Assembly (NCBI GenBank): GCA_965649765.1
Contig: OZ287758.1
Location: 21,266,001-21,330,000 of the forward strand
Length of the DNA: 64,000 nucleotides
Source: Bispira polyomma
Lineage: Eukaryota
Reading direction: 5' to 3'
In this document: one piece after another, positions 28,509 to 42,994 of the stretch
How positions within the stretch are numbered: position 1 is the first letter of the stretch
How the letters are laid out: each line of letters starts with the position of its first letter
The notes under the pieces: generated by a model
Told to the model about the DNA's origin: nothing
The model's input: only the letters and a program-made list of their open reading frames with translations
Databases searched by the model: none
Made by a program: the position numbers and the translations under genes

Positions 28509-28860
28509 GCCTGGTCACACCTACATGTGCTGGAGCCATGTGTGTGACGTTTTGAATTGTTCTGAAAGCTAGTATAAACGTAGTAGAAGGTAATGCAAAA
28601 GTGAGGAATGCTGTTGCATTTGTTCTGTAACGTTGGTTAATGGACGATATCGTTCCAGAAACGTCTCTGTTTTGTCTGCTGCTACGATTGTTTTCAAACT
28701 GTTTGAAACAATTGCGTCACAGCTCCTGTTTCTCCTCATTTCTCTGTTCAACCCCCAACGTTTCCGAAAGTAGCATAGACATATCAGTAAGTAGCTCTAC
28801 ATAGTAGTAGGTATCGAGAAAGTCCCAGTAAGTAATAAGATCGTCTCCACTCGTCTCCGT
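28509..28860 (+). mobile_element. Partial copy of the GGCCTGGTCACACCTACA MITE family
   Basis: Starts gcctggtcacacctacatg; interior matches 29535-29790 and, in reverse complement, ~29900-30140. Confidence 0.65.
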
Positions 28861-28862
28861 TA

Positions 28863-29513
28863 GCCTATGCTTCCTTTCAGCATGTTTTTATCGGCCGATG
28901 TCGGCCGATTTTCCCCTCATTACACAATACTACCAAGTGCTTTTTTTCATCAGATTTGCATCAGATCTGATCATACGTTGGCCGATGTCTGTTTGGCCAA
29001 CAGTTTTTATCTGTCAGGGAGGGAAAAAATCATTAGGGCTGACCGATTTTGAAACAAAAGTGGCTGCAAAATGCAATCATTGGTATAGTTTTTATCCCAT
29101 ACATCCCATACGTTGAAAATTGCAAGAGGAAGTTTCTTTTATTGTGATTACTGTGCTTTTTTTCCCACAAATATCCGTTGAGAAATGGCTCAGATATTTA
29201 AGTTTATAGATGGGTACCCCATTTAACTTCACCCTTTATTGTACATAATACGTCACAGCAACGTCATAATGGCGTTACTTTTGTATCTATGTCACAGCTT
29301 ACAAACCAGGAAGTAGAAATGGGTACCCTTACTTAACTGTATTTATCTTATCCGTTTCTCAACCAAATTTGTTGGGAAAAACCACTGTAATCACAATAAA
29401 ATAAGCTTTCTCAAGCCATTTTCAACATCAACATCCGACGAATTTGTAGTATATATCTGGTGAAAGGAAGCACAACATTGGAATGTCGGAATGTGATGAA
29501 AGGAAGCGAAGGC
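28863..29513. mobile_element. PIF/Harbinger-type MITE with TTA target duplication
   Basis: tta|gcctatgcttcctttca ... tgaaaggaagcgaaggc|tta; internal ggccga repeats. Confidence 0.7.
29112..29428. mobile_element. Fold-back MITE (~110-bp inverted arms) nested in the previous element
   Basis: gttgaaaattgcaagaggaagtttcttttattgtgattac...gggtaccc pairs with gggtaccc...gtaatcacaataaaataagctttctcaagccattttcaac. Confidence 0.8.
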
Positions 29514-29796
29514 TTAGTCAAAAACGTTCACTAATAGCCAAGTCACAACTACACATGCTGGAGCTACACATGTGTGACTATGTTTTCAATTGTTTAGAAA
29601 CTTAGTACAGACGTAGTAGAAGGTAATGCAAAAGTGAAGATCGCTGGTGTGTTCGTTCCCGGAAGTTGTTTAATGGAGGGTATATCGTTCAGGAAATGTC
29701 TCCGTTTGGTCTTCTGCAACAATTATTTCAAACTGTTTGAAAAAATTGTGGCAGACCTCTCCGTTTCTCAAGAATACCTCCACTCGGTCTGTATAA

Positions 29797-30759
29797 TGGC
29801 CTGGTCACACCTACACGTGCTAACGTCCCCCAACGCACCTAAGCAATATACACTGAAAACCTGGCAGTTTTGTATAAAGGTGCAGTCGATTGTGATGTCT
29901 GTGCTACTTTCGGAAACGTTCGGGGATGAACAGACAAACAGGGAGAAACAGGAGCTGTGACTGTAGTGTTTCAAACAGTTTGACGAAACAAAACGGAGAC
30001 GTTTCCAGAACAATACCATCCGTTAATCAAGGTCACGGAACAAACAGACCAGGGATCCGCACTTCCTACTACGTTTCAAAATGTTTCCAAAATTCACACA
30101 ATGTGACACAAACGTAGCTCTAGAACGTGTAGGTGTGACCAGGACATAAGTAGCATAACATAGAATAACATACCAGTAAGTAGCAGTAAGTAGTGAGATC
30201 GTCACCACTCGTCTATATTCGTTCTACTAGGTAGCAAAGAGGAGCAGAATGCAGCCAAAAGTACCATACAGTAAATCTACGTAGTAGTAGGTAGTCATAT
30301 CCTACCAGTAAAGTGATAGATTTTTGCCCCCTGCCTCGTCTGTACAAGTGCCAACATCATCACAAAAACGTCACCAATTGTCACAATCGACTGCACCTTT
30401 GTAAAAATAATGTCACTTTGACATGAAACTACCCGGTTTTTAGATATATTGCTTTGCTACATTGTGGGACGATTGCTACGATTGTAGGTGTGACTAGGCT
30501 ATAAGTAGCAAAAGGCAACAGAAAGCACCAGTAAGTACCAGTAAAGTAGATCCACATAGTAGAAGGTAGTGATATCCTACCAGTAAAGTGTTCGATTTTT
30601 GCCCCCGCTTTGTGTGTGCAAGTACCAACATCGTCACGAAAAGTCACAGAACGTCACAATCGACTACCCTTTTATGCAAATGACGTCAATTTGACACAAA
30701 ACTACCACGTTTTTAGTGTATATTGGGGGACGTTAACATGTGTAGGTGTGACCAGGCCA
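29797..30759. mobile_element. PIF/Harbinger-type MITE, TIR TGGCCTGGTCACACCTACAC
   Basis: taa|tggcctggtcacacctacacgtgctaacgtccccca ... tgggggacgttaacatgtgtaggtgtgaccaggcca|tta; internal TIR-like copies at ~30127-30143 and ~30483-30499. Confidence 0.8.
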
Positions 30760-33700
30760 TTAACACCCAAACATTGGAATGGTATTTTTCTAAAGAAGCA
30801 AGAAACCAAACTAAACCAATACTCAACAATTATGCAAGTTTTGCACTACTTTGGCATAGGAATAAGCAACGATATGCCGAGTTGCTTTGCTCCGAAATGA
30901 AGAGTGGGAAACCTATTGTCTTGAGCACTAGAAAGTTTTATCACCATGTGTAAAGCACTCTTCTTAAGAGCATTTGGGCCCCAAGTCCCTGATCAGAAGT
31001 TAAAGACAGAACTTTATTATCCATCACTTCTAAAAGTTCTTAAAGGTCAAAGTTTTTTAAGGTAAAAGACTCTTAATTTGGTGTTTTATTGTCTCCTTGT
31101 TTTCGGGGAATATACCGTTGATATCTTTACATAGATACATATCTCTTGAAGTTCAGATTATATTTCAGCTTTCCTTTGATTATCAAAAAAAATAATCTAA
31201 ATCAAACATGGTATGCTATAGTGACCTCAACACAGCAGTCAAAATATGACTTAAGATTGTAAAATAAGGCTAAATCTAGAAATTTTATAATACAGTTTTA
31301 ACACGCTTTATTGATGCAGGGCATCCTTCAAAGCACAACAAACTAATCAATCAACCAATTAGCTGTCCTATAATATCCAATGTCCTGTGCTCACATCTTG
31401 TCAAAGGATGTTCTCCCACCAAAGAACCTAGCAACATATGCAGGGGTTGAGCTAGGGACCTTCCGATCACCAGACCAACCCCCTTACCACTAGGCCACCA
31501 GATACCACACAAAATGTGAATATATTTAGTGTAATGTGAAAAACAAACATTCTAGTTGTCTCACTGTGCACTAAAAATTTAATTAGTATGTGAACACTGG
31601 TCAACGGAATTGTAAAGTATAACATTTCTAAAGTTTTTTTACAGTTGATAATAATAACATAATATAATAAAAAAAATAACATAAAGTACTGTTAACTCCG
31701 ATAGAACAAACAAAATGTTCCAGCAACATACTTTTTTGTATCCTAATCGATAACCTCATTTAGAGATTGTCTAAAAGATGCCAAGGAAATGGATAACATT
31801 TGTCACAGACAAAGACTCTGAAGACCACATCTCCCCTGTATTCTGTGGTACATGAAAGCCGCCATCATAAAAAGAACCAGCAATGGTATTTAGGTTTGAT
31901 ATATGGAGAGCTCTGGCTGGGGGTGGGATTATATTGGACGAGGGTTTTTAGCTGTAAGATGTGAGGGCCATTGTGTTTGATTAATAGGGACTGCTTAATT
32001 ATAGGAGAATAATCCTACACTATGTGTCCCCCTCTCGGTCTCTCTCTGCTTTATTGGATCTTTTTGTGTGGGATGTTGTAAGAAAAGGTGAAAGTTCCTT
32101 CTATTTGTAGCCATGGAGGAAATAGATGACAGTATGTAAATGTCTTTCCCCTTGGCTGGGATTTTGGTGAAGCCTGAATGCAATGGTGTTTTTCTCAAAA
32201 TATATGTCCCAGTTTAAATAAAGCAATTGCTGTGGATGACACTATGTAAATGAAATTCCTATTGCCTAGAATTTTAATGAAGGCAATGCAAGGTTGTCTT
32301 TTTGGAATATATCTCCAACAATGAAATTGGCTATAATATTGCTTTATTATACTATGATATTTTGATAAATTTAGGTTTAAACTCCTTTTCAACACACTTG
32401 CCTTATAGCACAGAGGTCAGTTTACTGGTTGAAGAAACCAGAACATGGTAGTTGGTCAGTGTTTCTGCTTTGCAAACCACTAATGTCCATCTAGTCTACT
32501 GTCAATATTTTCCACATCCATGAAAGGGCCCGAACCTATAATCACTGAGATGGGAGACAAGTGGGTTACCACCTAGGCCCCTATACACAACATAATAGTA
32601 ATGGTGATATTGGTCAGTTGTCTGTAATAAGCTACTTTTCAGGATGAGGCCTAGGCATTACAAATGGCTGATCGAAAGTAAATATATCAGAAATTTGTAT
32701 CAACCAGCAACCATAAGACTTATGTAATGTGCAACTGCTGCAGTTGTCTCAAATAAAAAAAAAGTAATAATCATTTATTTTGACAGATATCCTCTCTTGC
32801 TGACGCAATTCCCATTGTATTTCCTCAAAGTGCTTGATGCAAAGAAGCTTAACTTGTAATTTCCTTGAGGTTGTCACGAATGGTGACACTCGTCAGGAAA
32901 TCCCTCCCCCCCCCCCCCCCGAAAAAAATGCCCAAGGTCACATTCTCTTCAATTTGCATCACAGCTTATTCTGTATAGTTTTCTTTTGACTGACTAAAGG
33001 TAGGCAAGAATTACTGCTAAATGTTATATTTTTTGCATTGCTTTCATAAATGTAGCCTAAATATAGAGCACCACCAGTATTAAAAAAGGGCATTTTTAGT
33101 TTTTATTGTATTTTTGCTAGTCTCCAATAAGCACAGGTGTGATTTCACTTTCCTTTTGGTGATGGAGATGACAAAGGCTGGTCTTAATATATTAGAAAAA
33201 GGTAAATCATATCAAATAAAAAATAAGTAACTAAAATTTAAACGGATTTGGTGCTTCTTAGCTATTTGAATTACAAGGGATGTAGGGAACAATTTTCAAC
33301 TGATTTAATGAAATTTCCCCATATGCAAAGTTTACACTTTGTGTCATATATAAGTTAATTGCTGTACTAAATTAGCAGCAACAATAGTTGTAAAATATAC
33401 CATCGATGGATAAGAGTAAATGAATTCCATATAATTATTTATTTATTTTATTATAGTGACATACAGATCTTAAATACAATAATACATTAATACTTAAATT
33501 TGTTGCCCAGGCCACATGGGCTTATTAGTCACTTCAACTTACCACATCATTAGGTTAGGTGACTGATGCACTATACATTTTCAGAATTCCGCAGTTAATA
33601 AAATTTACATTACCAAAGTGAACATTATTTTTGTACAATTGCTTTAACGTCACACTTTCACTATCTTGCACTATACTACCCAGTTGATCTTTTTATTTTT

Positions 33701-33952
33701 ACAATTTAATTTCATATCAATTTTACATTTTCACCTTTTTTGCACTATGTTACCATTTTTTTTATTTTAACAAAAGATTTACATTGCAATATATACCAAA
33801 ACACTTTAGTTACTGTTCAATTTTGGTTACCATTTACCTAATACTGTTTTTGGAGAAACATTTGCCGTCTATTCCATGATGCATTAAGGTAATTTGTTAG
33901 GGCCTTGTCAAAGTGTTTTACAACAGTTTGAAACTTCTCAGTATATACTTAA

Positions 33953-34191
33953 CAGGGGCGTAGCTACCATTAACGCCAGTACGCCCAGGAGTACCAATTT
34001 AATGAGAAGAAAGAAAAAAAATAAAAAAATTTGAAAATAAAAAAATTTGGTACCCCGCCAATTAAACTAAAATATTACCATGATGCCCCCCCCCCCTCCC
34101 TCCACGAATTGAATTTTTGGTAGGACAAAAAGAACATAATATATTGGTTTAATTTGGGAGTACCAGACGAAGAATCCTGGCTACTCCCCTG
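33953..34191. mobile_element. Small MITE, TIR CAGGGGCGTAGC
   Basis: cttaa|caggggcgtagc ... ggctactcccctg|cttaa: inverted ends with a 5-bp flanking direct repeat. Confidence 0.8.
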
Positions 34192-37100
34192 CTTAACGAA
34201 ACTCCATACCCATGTGGACCCTCAAAATGGCTTTGTAAGATAAGAAATGTACATTATCTAGCTTGTACAGTCAAATAAATGCCTTTCAATGTTTGGTTGC
34301 TTCTTAATATAATGTATATTTGTGATGTACATGCTGTGGCTCAAATCTTCTTTTACCTCTGTCCTTATCCACCCAGAAATCTGTCTTTAGACCAATGGAA
34401 ACAAAAAAGTATACTTTCAATTTAAAAGACAAATTGCCACCCTGTGGCGATAAAGCAATCTCATTTACTTAAATTACAACAAATCTGTCAGGCCATCTTA
34501 CATTAATCATAGTCAGTCTGAATGGATTCTTACACAAACAAGAAATACATACTCAGTGGTAAATCGCCATTAAACTGCAGATTTTGTACTGTTATATTGA
34601 TATACTCCTTCTTTTTGAACATATCCCCCCTTCTTTGGTTGACATAATGCCTCAGTTTAAGCAGTCTGTGTACCCTTTCTGACCAGCCCCCTCTCACTGT
34701 CCCAGGGGAAATTAAGCACAGAGTTGCCAGTAAAACTGTGGTCCATAGACACAGAGAAGAAGTAAATACATTGTGCCATCCTGGGCAAAACTTAACAATA
34801 ATTGGATATGTACTAAGCTGGTGTATTGAAAGTATACTGTGACCTTATTTAAACATATTTATCAGGTAATAATGACGATAATTATACACTAATTACATAA
34901 ATACACAAAATTGATCTTACAAATCTGGTCAATACTGAAAATGTTTACTAAGATAGGTTAAACTAAGGCATTCACACCGACACCATACAGAACAGTGAAA
35001 CTAGTAGTTTTAGTGGATTTGTTGGCATTACAGGAGTCGTGAGAAGCAGTGATTACATGGGAAGCAATTGATTACCTTGCAGCCTAAATAATTGACTGTT
35101 TGTTTACCTGTAATTGAAAGTTTATGTATATGTCTACACGTCTTCACGATATTTAGAAAAGAAAAATGATTTTTTTTTGTATAAATCTCATGTAGCTAGG
35201 CTACTATTTACAATGTGCTAATGTCACCTGAAATATGTCTATTTTTGCAGGCTTTCAACTAAAAAATATTTGGTAAATAATACCTGTCTCGAACATTCTC
35301 TTTTTGTGTATACACTTTTAATAGAACAGCTACATAGTTGGCAGTTGGATGTTTATTTCTCCACTCTTCTTTATGGTATGTTTATGTACTTCTGATGGAA
35401 AACCAAATGAACCAAATAAAATATAAAATCACAGATAATAATACTTGGATGTAAAACAATTAGTCTTCATATTTTATATTGGCTATTTCTTACTAGAAGC
35501 AAAATTTATTAAAGAATGAGTTCCAAATCTTTCCAGTGAAGGTCTATTTATAATAGCTATTTTCCAGTGTTCAATTTACCACAAACCAGTAGAGATAAGA
35601 CAGCAGTTTGGCAGAGTCCCTAGAGGATCAAATGTCAGATTACACTGCTGTCTGGATCAGTTAAATTCATTCACTAAAATAGGCCTTTTCCACTTCGTGT
35701 TAGGGGAAAAAAAGTGCAGTGAGTTTAATAGGAAGGGACGTATGAAATGTTCGATTATTTATCTAAAGAGACACGCCCTATATATATTAATCCATGTGTA
35801 AATCATATTCCGAGATCCTTTTAGTCTAACACTATATCAGTGAAAATAGCTGGGTTGATGTGTAGTGTCCAAAATTGGAAATTGTAGGAGTAATGTAAAT
35901 GTCAGTGTTTCACATTGACAGCATGTCACTATAGCAAGATGAATAGTAGGTAAAAGTGTAATTTCAGATAGCAACCGTATTTAATTGCTTGTGAAAATGG
36001 TATTTTTTTTTTTTTATTTTTCACCATTTGGCGTGCAAAATTCCAAATAACTTCTTAAAAAGCCCAAAGCATTTGTACATGTTAATGTAATTTTGTGTGT
36101 TTCATCCCACATCGTAAGTGATTGTCAGATTAGGATGGTACGACACAGATGTTATTTTACACAACCAGTTTATTTAGGGGCCATGTCAGTCCTAATAGCT
36201 ATACTCATATAGTTTTGGAGGGGGGGGGGGGGCGTAGACATTAGTATCATATCTATTTTTGTATTGTAAATAACCTACCCATCCGGAATACCTAATGTAT
36301 TTGACCACGTAAAACTTCTACAAAAAGTATCCTGAGAGGTGATGTGCAAGTTATGGGCAGGAACACATGCAACCATTAGGCCACCCTTAATGTGGCTTTT
36401 AATGGTCTTATTGATGCCAGGCATCCCCTTTATTATAACTGATAAGCCTTTAATCAGGATCCTCATCCATAGTTAAATTGTTATCATGAGTAGACAATGG
36501 TGTGTTATCACCCCAATTACCTAAAATGAGGTTACCAGGAATGGAACTAAGGATGTTCTGATCAATGGACCAATTCCCTAACCATTAAATGGATGTCTTT
36601 GAGATTTAGGACGCTGAACAAAAATCACTTAATATATCTATTTGAGAATTATATCAAAATTTTAAGAGAACAGACATAGCATAATTTAGAAAACAATGAA
36701 AAAAAAACAACATTTAAACATTTAAACTGATGTTTATGTAAAAATATAACATACATTAAATTTAATCTAAAATCAGTTATACGGATACAAATACCAGAAT
36801 ATCAATAACTTCCTGAGCATCAACAACAAAATAGATTGTTAACTATTGTGCGTTACCATGGTACAAAAACTTCTTCCTATGGATGCTAAATAAATAATTC
36901 AATAATAGTTTTCACATTTGACAACAACTAACAATTGATCTTTATAACATAAACTAAAGAAACCAAAACTAAAATTGCAGACAGAGGAGACCTTTTCTAA
37001 ACACCATCTGAACCTTTCGTGCGCCTGGCTGTAATATGCCACATGCACTTCTTTGAACCATGTAAATAACAGCAACGCCCTTGACTTTACAAAAGAACAC

Positions 37101-38389
37101 TCCGTTATCACTCCATCATCGTTCTGCCATTTTATACATTTTGCTCATGGAAATGTCCCTTTGTCAATCACCCTGGAGGGAGACCAAATGAGCTATTCAA
37201 TTAGCCCATTAGACTCATAAATGTCATTTTATGAGGCAAGATCATTTGTTTTGGCTTTTTCAAGTGCAGCTTGATGTGAAACTTATGACTTTTTGAGGAG
37301 AATTTTTAGGAGAAATTGTTGATCGGTAAAACACCACCGAGATGAATTATACAGAGACGATAATCATTGGAGCACTTGCCATGAAGACACTTTGAATAGT
37401 TTATAAGATGATATGGCTTGTTAGCCTCAGAAAAAAACCAACATGTGTTCTGTATGTACGGGAGAAAGTCAAGTAAACAGCAGTAAAAGTACAGTTGTAA
37501 TTGTTTGCCCTTTGCTGTTCAGAAGAGGTTTCTCACAAAAGATGTGACTATGGCTTTAAATATCACTAGTCATGCACTTTTTTCACAAAAGGTGGGCGTT
37601 TGTACTTTTAGTTCAGTAAGAAATGGTATAAAAGTTACATCAGAAACTAAAAATTGGATACATTTCAAATGTTAAAACAGTTTGTGAAAAACATATGTGA
37701 AGAAATTAGAAAAACTTTGTTTGTGTAAATTTTTAATCAGTATGCTGTTGAAGTGAACAAGATTAAGGACAGAATGATGCATAAACTATATACTAATATT
37801 AACAGTACTACAAGGTCCGAATATTACCAAGTAGTTGCCACACCACACCATCAAGTCTAACTTCATGAATGATAAATCATATATGTTCCTCAGAAAGTAG
37901 AGTGCCCACCTGTTTGTAGTACCTGCCATTGCTCAAATCAAACCAATGTATTGAGGATGATCATTTATCAACAACGTCAAAGTCATTTCGACTGTCACTG
38001 GGGATACAATGACATAGGACCGCCAAACCTTTAAGTATCTACCTATACCTAGAACCTTAGTCTGGTAGCAAACCTAGGACCTTTGTTTCCCGAAACTAGT
38101 GTGCTAACTACAATGACAGACATACTTACTGTTAATATTAGCATATAGTTTTTTAGATACATTTACAGCCTTGGTAGCTTCTGTATGACCCTGGCTGAAT
38201 ATACACAAAATCATTAATTAGTTAATTTTTATTATCTGACTGTATGGGCATGGCAAAAGCAACAACAAATCATAATGCAATGTGTTTATCAAATGTAATG
38301 GTAAATCATGGCTGCAAATATTCACTGACCTTTGAGAAGGTCCTTTATGGCCTGTCCCCTGGGAGATGTAATAGATGGTCTTGTTGTAC

Positions 38390-38474
38390 CTGCGGCTGCT
38401 GCTGCGGCGGCTGCTGAAACTAGTGGTAAACTTGTCTGGGGCCTTTGTGTGGCCATAATAAAATCTACATACAT
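38390..38474 (-). CDS. Alternative first coding exon A ((MYVDFI)MATQRPQTSLPLVSAAAAAAAA)
   Basis: - strand ATGs at 38474 and 38456, in-frame TAA just upstream, mixed GCA/GCC poly-Ala codons, GCA G|gtacaa donor (phase 1). Inr-like TCAGTT at 38531-38526. Confidence 0.6.
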
Positions 38475-40629
38475 CCACACACTGGTATGTTAACACTGTA
38501 ATATCCCTCAGTATCTCTATCTTCAAACTGATGAAAGAACACCTAAAAGTATAGATTCACCATTCATTGTTCCATGGAATTATTTATTATCTGTATTTTA
38601 TTTCAATGTGACCCCTTACCTCTTCAAGTAGTTACATCATGTAATTATCAAGTAGAGACAGCTATGAAACAAGTAATGGTCATACAATGTACTATATGTT
38701 CCAATTTAGATATTCTGTTACAATCAGTATATACTATGAATTGCAGAGTTCAATGTACCAGTATCCTGTATATTTATGGATGTACAACTACAACCAGATA
38801 TTAAAATATTTTATCCTTGAATTGCACTGTAACACTGTGACCAAGAAATATCAGCCACTATCCAGAGAGCAATACTTGAGCGAAGCCTTATGATGGATGC
38901 ATTAACTAATCACAAATTACCCTGAGCACAAGCTGCTTTGCCAATAGCTCTCCTCTCCCTCTTTTCCAAGTATCTTTGGATCAAGGCTGTTGTTTGTGTC
39001 AACGTAACTTAAGTTTAACCTCAGTGTTTGTCCACACAACATGTGGTCTTTTGTGTCATTTATTTAGACAAATTACCCCCCTAATGTCCCATAAAAAACA
39101 CAATGCTCCACCCTCGATGACGTCATTTAATTAGTAGCACAAGATCAAAACACAAAAAAAAAAAATGTAAATTTTTTATTGCATCTTAAAAGAAACTAGT
39201 GATCACTTTCAAGTTTAACATTTCTGTTTTCACTCCATATATTTACTCAGTTTTATTGTAATATGGATATAAGTGAATAAAAGGGATTGTTTTTTACTAT
39301 ATCTGAATAATTTACAGGTCTGGATGCAGCCCTTTGTAACAATTACAGTCATCTATGCCAACTATTGCATTGCACAACTAATAACAAAAACAATCAGACG
39401 TGTATGTCATCCTGCAAACCTAGCCCATAAACAGTACTTTTTTCATTTTATGGCTAACCTTACTGATGTACCTGGGCTTGCCAGTCAACCCTTTTCCACT
39501 AATGAGTACGCCTTAGTATTTTATAAGCTCTAATGCAGTTTCCTTACTTTTCCTCTGTATTCTTTTCAGTCTTTACTAAAGCAAACAATTAATGATGCCT
39601 GGATCCCTAATAAACAAACTAGTATTCGAATGTCGTCTGCCAGTTGTGAAAAACGTTCATCTGCAACTAAAATTGAACCCAAATCATGCCCATGCTTGCT
39701 TTTTAGTCAAATATATCAACTGAATGAAGTAAAAAATAGTTATTAAGTAACAGCTTCTACTCAAAAAAGGTCTTGTCAAGTAACAATAGAGTGGAGAAAA
39801 AATATTGCTCAGAAAGCCTTGCATTTATGGATCTATTTTGTGTGAGGTTAAAAGCAATTATCTTCACTGGAAATACAAGGGTGTTCCATTATTACAGGCC
39901 AAGTGTGCCCAGCTATTTTTAGCTTATAGTAAGGTTTTATTAAGTACCAAGGGATAAGCTTCAGCTTACATGAGGATAAAAATCCAATACAAATTCCCAT
40001 TTTTAGTTTTTTACAGCTGGTTTGTTCTCTTGTTTATGCTTTAAACCAACTGAATTGATGCTGTAAGATTAGGGCAAGATTATTTAAAAAAAAAAGTGTT
40101 CTTTGATCTTAAATGTAAAAGAAGAAAACTCAAAACCAAACAGAGATTAATTTAGATTTTCTACTAACTATACTAAGTCATCACTATAAATGCCCACGTC
40201 ATAATAATGGCTGATTTAACAAACCCTGTTGGTGTGTTGTATATACCACGTTTCTGAATTTTGAGTAGAATTTGAATAGTAGAAAGTAATAAGAACATCC
40301 AGGTTCCATAGAATGATATTTAAGTGTTTTTGTTACATCATTGGATTTTTTCTTTCCATTGCAGATAATATACTATTCTAAAGGATGGGGTGGGCAGTCT
40401 TTTATAATACATGGGGCGAAATAGAATATCGGGCGACTTGTCTGGGTAACCCCCACGCCCCCTTGACTCCATAATTTACACCTGCCCTCGGTTACCCAAT
40501 TGCTTCCTCATTTTATTAACAAGTACATTTGGTGAAAGCAGCTCCTTAAATATCAAACACCCCCAAATAATTCCTTTTAAAATATGAGCATCACTTTTGA
40601 TAAAAGAGAAATACCCATATTTGTCCACA

Positions 40630-40715
40630 CAGTGGTGGTGAGAAGTGGGGTGGCGAGAAGTGGGGTGGCGAGACGTGGGCCAGAAGCGAGGTGGTGAGAA
40701 GTACGGGTGGCGAAT
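40630..40715 (+). repeat. Short tandem array (ggggtggcgagaagt)n, like a DNA-transposon subterminal repeat
   Basis: About five 15-bp units sharing the GGTGGCGA motif with the arrays at 42170-42550 and 53200-53252. Confidence 0.7.
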
Positions 40716-42169
40716 AATGGCAATCAGTAGTATCAACATGGATGACGTATGAATAACTGACAATAATTTTTCACATATAATCCTAGGGTACCTTTTGACT
40801 TTCCTTTAGTTACAAGCAAGTAACCTTAAAATTTTAAACTGATTTTCTGAAGATACATTGGACAAAATGATGGAAAACAGGAAAGGAAGAAAACGAAGCA
40901 ATGCATGAATTAAAAAAAAAATATCTGAAGGGCAAAACAATAAAATTATTTATACATTAGCAACCATTAGTTAGTTACTTTATCATTACTTAAATAGTTT
41001 GCTAACTCCAAATGTTTTTTGTTGTTTTGGTTTTGAAGGGTAAGGTAGTTTGCTCAAATATACTGCCTACCCCAACCTCTACGTCCCACTCCCTTACCAC
41101 CTGTTTTCCTTCTTTTTCTTTGTTTTATATTTAAATATTTTCATTTGTGATACAATCCTGCCATTACAAAAACGAATGATGGTACACACATCCTGGCAGA
41201 GAGGTGAACCATTGCAAGCATAAACATATTTAATACAGTAACATGTTTATTACTATACATTTACACATAATATGTTACAGTGACTGTAGCACTTTTAGCA
41301 TAATTATAGACACTAATATTATACACTGTTCATACACCTAAAGGTTACTTATATGCCAGATGAAAGCTTGTATATATTTAATTAAACAAACTTTTACATG
41401 AATTCCAGTTTCTTTCAAACGTTTGTTCATTAAAATTCAATTTTGTCAATAGTTTTTGTTCTTCATATTACTATGGTGATACTATTACTAAAGCTACTAT
41501 TGGTTGATTATTTCAATGTAGTACATAAACAGTTTCTTAACTTCAAATTTAGTTTGGTAAAAATGCATGCACATTTTGTCTTTTTCCTTGCATCCTTATT
41601 TTCGTGCTCAGTAAATACCTGCTTTCCTTCCTACCTACCTGCATTCAATCTCCTTCTTTGTTTAATCCATGCCTCTCTCTAACCTCACTTACTAGGTCCT
41701 ATCTCAAACCTCCTGTACTTGTTCCCTCACTTTTTCCAACCCTGATAACTATATTTCATCTACCCGCTTCGCGCGCTACCTTTTTACCATTTGTTAACTC
41801 CATGTATTCACCCGCATTTCCTTTTGTGCCTGCATAGTTGACAGCCCAAAATACTTTTACCTACTTTCATGAAATAACAATATTATTTGTAACAACAAAA
41901 TTACATATCAAATTAAAGAATATCTTTAATTATGTCTATTTATGTTAAAGCTGTGTACTGAATAGATTTTGTTCATGTCTGTTCAGGAAGCTATACAATA
42001 ATATTTTATAGCCTTGACAGCTGGCTGTCACTGGCGAATAAAGATGCCCCTTTCACAACTAGCCGATGAAAACCCTTTTTTGAGGGGTTAAAGGGAAAAA
42101 AAGGTTAGATATAAAGAGATATTTACCTTAAGTAAATTTGGTGTCACCGACCCATGAAATCTCAAAGAC

Positions 42170-42550
42170 CTCTTGGCAAAAGATAGGGTGGCCATGAGGG
42201 GAAGGTGGCAAAGGGTAGGGTGGTTAAAAGGATGGTGGCATACAAGGGGGTGGCAAAGAATACGATGGCCAATGAGGCAGTGGCGAATAGGAAGGTGGCA
42301 AAAGGTAAGGGGCGAACAGTAGGGCGAACAGTAGGGTGAACAGTAGGGTGAACAGTAGGGCGAACAGTAGGGTGTCCAAGAGGAAGTGACGAAAATGAAA
42401 TCAGGCTGGCGAAAAAAGGTGGCATAGGTGACGGTAGTTAAAAGTAGATGAAGATGGCAAATTGGAGGGTGGCAAACAATGGGGTGGCAAAAACAAAAAA
42501 GGGAGGGTGGCATAGGGTAGTAGGGTGGTGAAAATGAGGGTGGCAAAAGC
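42170..42550 (+). repeat. Subterminal GGTGGC(A/G)AA repeat array including (gaacagtagggy)n
   Basis: Many ggtggcaaa-type motifs; a smaller array recurs at 45431-45540. Confidence 0.85.
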
Positions 42551-42994
42551 AAACTTGTTGAAAGTAAGGAGTTTGGTAAGCAGGACAGCTTTAGGGGACT
42601 GCTAAGTCAGTCGACAAACCCCATTAGTTTGCTCTACGTTAACAATTAATTTTGTTAGAACATACATTAGGTGCACGTTCTGTCCATCCATAGTCGAGCC
42701 AATAGAATTGCTAGAGCCAACCCCTTGTTCTTACTAAAACAATGGACACCATATTAGAATTTGGATTTGAGATGAGAAGAAGTGAATTTTTAAATGCTGA
42801 ATTTTACACAAGTTATTTTAGTGTACAAGTTTACATTGGTTTTAATTATATATGACGTCTGGTACACTACACACATACTGATATGGGAAAGACAACGAAA
42901 ATAACGCTTCAAAGTATAACGAAATCGAAGAAACCAGGGACAAGATGAGCAAAAGTATTAACCCTAACAGAGGACACGGTTCAATAGGTAATAT

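Noticed and set aside
36278-36330. Possible - strand exon DTFCRSFTWSNTLGIPDG
   Set aside because: Splice sites are plausible, but phase 0 entry does not fit the upstream phase-1 donor and there is no other support.
42088-42552. Pro/Cys/His-rich ORFs (CSPY and HPTV repeats)
   Set aside because: These are translations of the subterminal GGTGGCAAA / gaacagtaggg arrays, with no splice or homology support.
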